In this document: positions 35,243 through 40,536 of the stretch, in pieces
Layout: every line of letters begins with the position of its first letter
Numbering within the stretch: position 1 is the first letter of the stretch
Origin: a virus
Taxonomy: Duplodnaviria > Caudoviricetes
IMG/VR virus record: IMGVR_UViG_3300037462_000269
Coordinates: 1-40,536 of that record
Length of the DNA stretch: 40,536 nucleotides
Strand: one strand, 5' to 3'
Position numbers and translations under genes: made by a program
The notes under the pieces: model-generated
What the model was told of the DNA's origin: nothing
Seen by the model: the letters and a program-made list of their open reading frames with translations, nothing else
Database searches by the model: none

Positions 35243-36514
35243 TTATATGTCTGCAAGATACGTATGTACGGCGTAACGGAATGCGTCACCCTTGTGGCCG
35301 CGCTTGAATAGCTCTTCTTGGCTTTTGTCGATATGGCCGTCCGGTTCGGCCTCTGTGAGTAGCAAATCTTGGATCAGAAGGGTGCAGTTGGCGTTTATAC
35401 GAACGTCGTGGTAGTACAGGGCGGCGTTGACCACTGCGCGGCTGTTGTGGTGGCCAAGGTTGGCGGTTGGCGTATCTATCTGGCTCCAACTTAGCTTCAA
35501 CTCTTTGACGATAATGTCGTAGGAGCTAATCGTGCCTTGCGTCAGCGCTGAGTGAGCCCGTCCCGTTGCGTCGCCGGTCACCCGCAGCATGTGGGGTTTG
35601 AAGTCCTTGCGGATCAGGGCGCACATATCGTGGATTGAGCCTTTGATGCTGTATTCCTTAAACACATGCAGTGATGAGCGCCGCCCCTTGTGGAAGTGGA
35701 ACGCAATGCAGGTCATAGGGTCATAGTTGAAGTCGAAGCTCAGGTACACGGGCAGGTTTGGGTTGTAGTCAACGCCAAGTTGCTCGTGGACTTCGCGCTT
35801 AAAGTTGTAGTACCACGGGTTTTCAGCCTGCTGCAACGGGCGGGCTTCGTAGAGTTCCGCGAACGTCCGCGCGTCCAATAGTGCCCGCTGCTCCTCCAAG
35901 TCCTCACGCTTGAATACGCCCCCCTCCACTGCGTCCATAGCCACAAGGCGGTGGTAGCTCACGAAGTGGAGCTTCTTTTCCTCGGCCAACCGGCACAGCT
36001 CGTAAAACCAGTTGTTGGTGCCTACCACGTTTCCGATAGCCGCCATTTTGCCGGATGTTTTGGTAAGCACCGAACGGCACGCCTCATAGGAGCGCTTAAC
36101 CAAGCGGCTGGCTTCGTCAACAATTAGAAAGTACACGTCGTCACCAAACAGGTTGTCAGGTTTGTGGCCTGACTTAAACCACAGTTCGCACCCCGTGAAC
36201 AGGGTGAGCATCCGTTTGGAGTAGTTCGGCGGCTTGGCCAGCAACCAAGGATAAGGCTGAATCAGGTTCACCAAGCGGCCAAATGCTATCTCGGCTTGGG
36301 CAAATACGGGCGCTACCCACCAACCACGGGGCGGGTTGTGGCCCGGAATGTGCCAGTGCTGCAAGCCTTGCTCCAAAAACCACACCAGCATTGCCGTGGT
36401 CTTGCCTGCCTTGGTGCTGGCCTCAACACACACCACCTTGGCAGGGTCGTCAACGAACGCGGCTTGCTTGGGGTAGAGGTAGGGGCGCTCGTAAGTCGGG
36501 TCGTTACTCTCCAT
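35243..36514 (-). CDS. terL: Terminase large subunit
   Basis: Walker A STKAGKT, Walker B LIVDEA, nuclease SFDFN and DAFRY motifs. Confidence 0.92.
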   Translation of the reverse strand: MESNDPTYERPYLYPKQAAFVDDPAKVVCVEASTKAGKTTAMLVWFLEQGLQHWHIPGHNPPRGWWVAPVFAQAEIAFGRLVNLIQPYPWLLAKPPNYSKRMLTLFTGCELWFKSGHKPDNLFGDDVYFLIVDEASRLVKRSYEACRSVLTKTSGKMAAIGNVVGTNNWFYELCRLAEEKKLHFVSYHRLVAMDAVEGGVFKREDLEEQRALLDARTFAELYEARPLQQAENPWYYNFKREVHEQLGVDYNPNLPVYLSFDFNYDPMTCIAFHFHKGRRSSLHVFKEYSIKGSIHDMCALIRKDFKPHMLRVTGDATGRAHSALTQGTISSYDIIVKELKLSWSQIDTPTANLGHHNSRAVVNAALYYHDVRINANCTLLIQDLLLTEAEPDGHIDKSQEELFKRGHKGDAFRYAVHTYLADI

Positions 36515-36893
36515 CGGGGGTGCTTTGTTTGTCCGGCTCTGGCGTGGGCTGGCTCAATATCGTGCGCCCGTCCCCAAGGTTCAGCACAATGCGGCGCGGC
36601 CCCTCTTCTTGCTTGGCTTGTTCTATGGGCTTTGCGGCAAGCGGGCGCATGGTGTGCTTTAGGTTCAGTTCGTACAGGCGCATACGGACGGCTATCTTAT
36701 CCCTATCAGACAGTTGGGTACTTTTCAGCAACTTTTCAATTTCCTCACGCTGGTACGCCGCGTCTTCAGCCAAGTCCTGCCGAACCAAGGCCCGCGTTTC
36801 GCTCACACGGCGCATTATTCTGGCCGCGTAAGCCGAAGGTTCGGTGGGGGGCCGACCGTGTGGGTTGCCAGACTGGCCTTTCTTAAATGGCAT
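36504..36893 (-). CDS. terS: Terminase small subunit
   Basis: FKKGQSGNP.GRP N-terminal motif; overlaps terL. Confidence 0.75.
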   Translation of the reverse strand: MPFKKGQSGNPHGRPPTEPSAYAARIMRRVSETRALVRQDLAEDAAYQREEIEKLLKSTQLSDRDKIAVRMRLYELNLKHTMRPLAAKPIEQAKQEEGPRRIVLNLGDGRTILSQPTPEPDKQSTPDGE

Positions 36894-36971
36894 AGGACAA
36901 ACGGCCTAAAACGGCGATTCCATTGTTTTCTATTGTTATTTCGGCAAGATAGCGGGTTTGTCGCCAAACGC

Positions 36972-36992
36972 AAAACGCCCCTATGCGGGGCG
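36972..36992 (-). terminator. Terminator before the late operon
   Basis: CGCCCC-N5-GGGGCG followed by TTTT. Confidence 0.6.
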
Positions 36993-37250
36993 CTGCGGGT
37001 TGTGTTGCGCTGCCTCTGAAAGCCGCCTCTCGGCATAGAATTTAGTGCGCTCAAGTGATCTTTCTGGGCGGCTTACTTTCGTGTAAAAACAGTTCAATTC
37101 ATCGTCATTTTGATAAATTCGAACTTCGTGTGTGTTTGGTCCAAGGCGCTCAATGGTTGCCTTTAGGTCGCCAAATTGGCAATCAAATGCGTCAGGGCCT
37201 GTTTCGCGCCAAATGAAGGCAGGGGGCGTCTTCTTTGTGGGGGTGGACAT
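36981..37250 (-). CDS. Hypothetical protein
   Basis: 89 aa ORF after thyA. Confidence 0.62.
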   Translation of the reverse strand: MSTPTKKTPPAFIWRETGPDAFDCQFGDLKATIERLGPNTHEVRIYQNDDELNCFYTKVSRPERSLERTKFYAERRLSEAAQHNPQRPA

Positions 37251-37270
37251 GTTTTCTTGGGGGTCGGGCG

Positions 37271-38098
37271 TTATACGGCAACTGGGGCTGGGATGGCGGG
37301 TAGGGGATTATAGTTATTGAGGGTGATGTCGTCATAGCCAAAGCTATCAATGTCGGTGATAGCCGGGTTGAGGCTGATAGTGGGCAGCGTTGGCGTAACG
37401 CCTTTGGCCCGCTCTATCACCTCCTTAGCTTGGTCAAGGTGGTTGCTGTACAAGTGCGCATCGGCAAGGCTCATTACAAGCTCACCAACCCCAAGGCCGC
37501 ACACCTGCGCCACCATGTGCGTGAGCAATGCGTAGCTGGCGATGTTGAACGGCAGGCCCAAGAACACGTCGCACGACCGCATGTTGACAATGCAACTGAG
37601 CTTGCCGTCACGCACCGAAAACTGAAAGGCGTAATGACAGGGTGGGAGGCGCATATCTGGCAAGTCGCCGACGTTCCATGCGCTCACAAGCAAGCGGCGA
37701 CTGTTCGGCTTGGTTTTGATGTCATGTATCACGTCTGCAATTTGGTCTGTGTGCCAGCAATAATCACCCACAACAGCCGAGTGGCTGGGAGCCCTCCAAG
37801 TACGCCACTGCGCCCCATACACCGGGCCTAAGCTGCCGTCAGCATCGGCCCATTTGTCCCAAATGGTAACGCCGTGTTTTTGGAGCCAGCGCACGTTTGT
37901 GCCACCCTGAATCATCCAAAGGAGTTCATAGGCGATGGACTTGAAGTGCGTCTTTTTTAGCGTCAGCAGCGGGAAGCCCTCGTTAAGGTCGAACCGCGGC
38001 ATACGGCCAAACACTGATCGGGTGCCAACGCCAGTGCGGTCGGATCGGTCTATGCCTTTGTCCAAAATGTTGGTTATAAGGTCTACGTACTCTTTCAT
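37271..38098 (-). CDS. thyA: Thymidylate synthase
   Basis: DRTGVGT, FPLLT, GPVYG.QWR, LPPCH, RSCDVFLGLPFNIASY and DAHLY motifs. Confidence 0.97.
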   Translation of the reverse strand: MKEYVDLITNILDKGIDRSDRTGVGTRSVFGRMPRFDLNEGFPLLTLKKTHFKSIAYELLWMIQGGTNVRWLQKHGVTIWDKWADADGSLGPVYGAQWRTWRAPSHSAVVGDYCWHTDQIADVIHDIKTKPNSRRLLVSAWNVGDLPDMRLPPCHYAFQFSVRDGKLSCIVNMRSCDVFLGLPFNIASYALLTHMVAQVCGLGVGELVMSLADAHLYSNHLDQAKEVIERAKGVTPTLPTISLNPAITDIDSFGYDDITLNNYNPLPAIPAPVAV

Positions 38099-38104
38099 AG
38101 TGGG

Positions 38105-38132
38105 TTATACGGCACACGGGCCGCAGGGTTAC
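38105..38132 (-). promoter_or_regulatory. ECF-like phage promoter motif GTAACC-N15-CGTATAA
   Basis: 6 nt before the thyA ATG. Confidence 0.72.
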
Positions 38133-38188
38133 AAGTTTGTGAAAAATACGGGTTAATACGCAGTGCAATGAACGGTGGTAGACTTGCG

Positions 38189-38383
38189 TCAAAACGGCTC
38201 AGGCTTTGGTGTCCCTATGTCTATCGCCCGCTCCCGGCGATACTTAGCAGACCGCCGATACGCGTTACAACACCAGCAGTTAACACACCAGCAGGGCATT
38301 CCGGGCACACCTGCCCAAGATAGCTTGCGGGCGTACTTTCTGCGGTTGATAATCCGCACGTGGGAGCAATAGGGGTGCCTCAT
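38189..38383 (-). CDS. Small basic Cys-rich protein
   Basis: ATGA coupling; CWCVNCWCC. Confidence 0.45.
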   Translation of the reverse strand: MRHPYCSHVRIINRRKYARKLSWAGVPGMPCWCVNCWCCNAYRRSAKYRRERAIDIGTPKPEPF

Positions 38384-38880
38384 TTGACCGGCCTACCGTC
38401 AGCAAGGTAGTACTTGGGGGCTTCGTGCCAATCCTCAGAGTACCGCAGCACCACGCGCACTATGTCCATGTCTCCAATCTCGGAGACGTGTACGCGCTTG
38501 TGCCGCCGATCCATAGGCGTTGCGTCGTGGTAGCCGTACATCCCGGCCAAAATCTGGCGGAATGCGTCAGCGTCGCACCCGGCGTCCAAGTAGGTTACGC
38601 CGTCCTGCAATTGATGCACCTTGAGCACCCGCACCTCCACAACGTCGGCAACACCGTAAGCCACGTGGCCGATACCGTCAGGCAACTTATCGGCCTTAGT
38701 GCCCTTAACGATAATCTCGTAAGACTGGCCAACTTGGTACTTATCTTGCCCAGCATAGTACCGGCGGATCGTGGAAAATGCCTTGCAATGCACCTTTCCG
38801 GTGGCCCCGGCGCGGTTATTCCAGTGGTTGGAAAAACTTAGCGCCGGGTGGCCGGAATGGGTAATCTGGAACTTGGTCAT
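38380..38880 (-). CDS. ASCH/PUA-like domain protein (tentative)
   Basis: FSTIRR...G...G.A.VV.V......L......LDAG pattern. Confidence 0.45.
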   Translation of the reverse strand: MTKFQITHSGHPALSFSNHWNNRAGATGKVHCKAFSTIRRYYAGQDKYQVGQSYEIIVKGTKADKLPDGIGHVAYGVADVVEVRVLKVHQLQDGVTYLDAGCDADAFRQILAGMYGYHDATPMDRRHKRVHVSEIGDMDIVRVVLRYSEDWHEAPKYYLADGRPVK

Positions 38881-39641
38881 ACTATGATGTAGCCGTTACG
38901 TGCTTGGTTGTCAAAGGGCCACGGATTGTCCCAGCCGTACTTGCGGATGCACTGGCCTATGTCGGCCAGTATGGATTTTGCAAGGCTCAGGCCCTCGTAT
39001 AGTGTGGCGTCGCAGAGTTGGTACAGGCCGTGGATATAGGGCTCGCTGGTGTTAACCCGCAGCACCCATACCGCCGACACGGCATACTGATGCTGTAACA
39101 ATGCCTCTTGATAGATAGCAAGCTGCATGGACGTCAGGTCGGTGAGCTTGCGCTCGAACGCCCGCTTGTTAAGGCCGCTGCACTTAATGTCCAGCAGATT
39201 GCCTGATATGGGGTTATAGCCGTCAATACAGCCCTTAAGGAACCATTTGCCCCCAGCCGCGTCGGTTATAGTGAGCCATACGGGCAACTCGGTGTACGTG
39301 TTGTGATCCCGCAGCATCTCAACCCACGGCGCAAGGTTGCCATATCCGCTGGTGGTAATGGCAACGTACTTGGCATGTTGTGCCGCAGGCAACATCGGCG
39401 TTCCGGCGGCCTCAAGCTCAACATACATCGCCTTGCCCTCCTTGCTTGCACGGGACGGCTGCAATACCGGCTCAGGCAAGTTTCGGCCTTGCATGTGGTT
39501 GTGGATATGGGTACCCAAGTCCATATCTGGTGTGCTCTCCATTGTGTGCAGGCCAAGGGCACGGAGCCGAAAATACTCAGGGCCCTCCAAATAGTCGGCC
39601 AGTAGACTGAAGCTGAGTAGCGGTACTTCGCGGTACGTCAT
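38877..39641 (-). CDS. PD-(D/E)XK exonuclease (RecE/DUF3799-like)
   Basis: LSFS, GT.IH, KG.ID, DIK and QLAIY motifs; adjacent to recT. Confidence 0.82.
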   Translation of the reverse strand: MTYREVPLLSFSLLADYLEGPEYFRLRALGLHTMESTPDMDLGTHIHNHMQGRNLPEPVLQPSRASKEGKAMYVELEAAGTPMLPAAQHAKYVAITTSGYGNLAPWVEMLRDHNTYTELPVWLTITDAAGGKWFLKGCIDGYNPISGNLLDIKCSGLNKRAFERKLTDLTSMQLAIYQEALLQHQYAVSAVWVLRVNTSEPYIHGLYQLCDATLYEGLSLAKSILADIGQCIRKYGWDNPWPFDNQARNGYIIV

Positions 39642-40536
39642 TTCTGGCCTCCTTTGAGGGTGTCAATCCGCTTGGTGGCGTGCATCTTAAGCTGCACATC
39701 GTCAGCATACTGTGGGTGTGCGGTCAGGACGGCACGGACAGCCTCTGGGGTTTGGGCCGCATCAATCTGCGCATAGGCTACGGCAAGGGTATCAACGGGC
39801 TCCGGGGCGCCCTCAACCTCAACAATCTCGGCCCCGAAGGCCTCTACGGCGGCTTCGCCAAACTCTGTGCGGACGTCGCGGACGCGTTTTTCGCGGCTCT
39901 CATACACGTCCTGAATGTAGGCCGCCTGCTGCAATACGGGCGCGTCGCCCAGCTTGGGTAGCGACTTTGCCAGCAGCTTCAACACCGTCTTTTCGGCCAT
40001 ACGCGCCGGGTGCTCTTTCCAGACGTTCAGGGACTTGGCAAACTTTTTGGCGTGCTCAATTTCATCCGGGCCGATAACCTTAACCACGCCCTTGTAACCT
40101 GCGCGGCTGGCTACGGCATAGGCCCAAATGATCTGGCCCTGCTTACGGGGCTGAGGGGTAAAGTCAATGCGCGGATCAGACCCAAGGGTTACCCGGAAAC
40201 TGTCAAGCTCATTGTCATACACGACGCCGTAGCTTATCGACCACCCGGCACGGCCAAACAAGGTCAGCCAGCCCCCGGGCGCAATGATAAGCTGGCAATC
40301 CTTGCCGTAGGGCACAAGGTAAACCTCACGTGCTGCTGGTGTTGGGTCTAAGTCCAATGCCGCAACGTCAATAATGGCAAGCTGTACCGATTGCGGTGAG
40401 CACAATTGCAGTGGCGTCGCCGCTCGCAAGGCAAGGGCTATAAATTTTGCCACTTTTTCTGGCGTCGGAAACAGGTCGTTAAGCACCGGCTTTAGGGCCG
40501 CTACCTTGGCTTGGTAGGTTGCTGGTGCTGGTGCTG
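39638..40536 (-). CDS. recT: RecT/Bet-family ssDNA annealing protein (start at 143 across the junction)
   Basis: C.PQS, LDP, VYLVPY, CQLII and W.....MAEKTVLK motifs. Confidence 0.85.
   Translation of the reverse strand, partial: APAPATYQAKVAALKPVLNDLFPTPEKVAKFIALALRAATPLQLCSPQSVQLAIIDVAALDLDPTPAAREVYLVPYGKDCQLIIAPGGWLTLFGRAGWSISYGVVYDNELDSFRVTLGSDPRIDFTPQPRKQGQIIWAYAVASRAGYKGVVKVIGPDEIEHAKKFAKSLNVWKEHPARMAEKTVLKLLAKSLPKLGDAPVLQQAAYIQDVYESREKRVRDVRTEFGEAAVEAFGAEIVEVEGAPEPVDTLAVAYAQIDAAQTPEAVRAVLTAHPQYADDVQLKMHATKRIDTLKGGQK
40410..40536. repeat. Terminal direct repeat, copy 2
   Basis: Identical to 1-127. Confidence 0.97.

Noticed and set aside
37271-37298. Eighth copy of the ECF-like promoter
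   Set aside because: CGTATAA is present but there is no GTAACC at 15-16 nt spacing; the same applies near 1379, 2087 and 25132
37271-38098. Base-modifying thymidylate synthase homologue
   Set aside because: All canonical ThyA motifs are present, including the dUMP-specifying Asn
1-40536. Stop-codon reassignment, tRNA genes, integrase/repressor module
   Set aside because: Standard code gives dense full-length genes using all three stops; no cloverleaf or tyrosine/serine recombinase motifs were seen by eye (tRNAscan and HMM searches would be decisive)

Overview
The window is an apparently complete, circularly assembled dsDNA tailed phage genome of 40,409 bp unique length. Bases 1-127 are repeated exactly at 40410-40536, and the recT-like gene runs across that junction. 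The host is probably a Bacteroidota: there are TTG-N19/20-TAnnTTTG promoters, AC-rich translation starts without Shine-Dalgarno sequences, and a unimolecular-spanin-type lipoprotein. Almost all genes are on the minus strand; a short plus-strand block (4.8-7.9 kb) diverges from a non-coding control region at about 3.85-4.76 kb. Recognisable modules: RecT plus PD-(D/E)XK exonuclease, ThyA, dCTP deaminase, small and large terminase, tail chaperone with a candidate -1 frameshift, tape measure, tail proteins, major tail, portal, minor head, scaffold, major capsid, neck proteins, holin, amidase and spanin. No integrase, reverse transcriptase, CRISPR array, tRNA or sigma factor was recognised. The most interesting signals are: (1) a conserved 5' leader with a compensatory base change, shared only by the major capsid and major tail genes, that pairs with the bases just before the AUG; (2) promoter-to-terminator, ORF-less structured RNA cassettes next to 12-bp periodic repeats in the control region; (3) seven copies of an ECF-sigma-like promoter GTAACC-N15/16-CGTATA; (4) three glycosyltransferases and a methyltransferase embedded in the late operon, suggesting virion glycosylation; (5) an internally deleted DNA methyltransferase relic. 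All product calls come from motif recognition and synteny by eye, not database searches.
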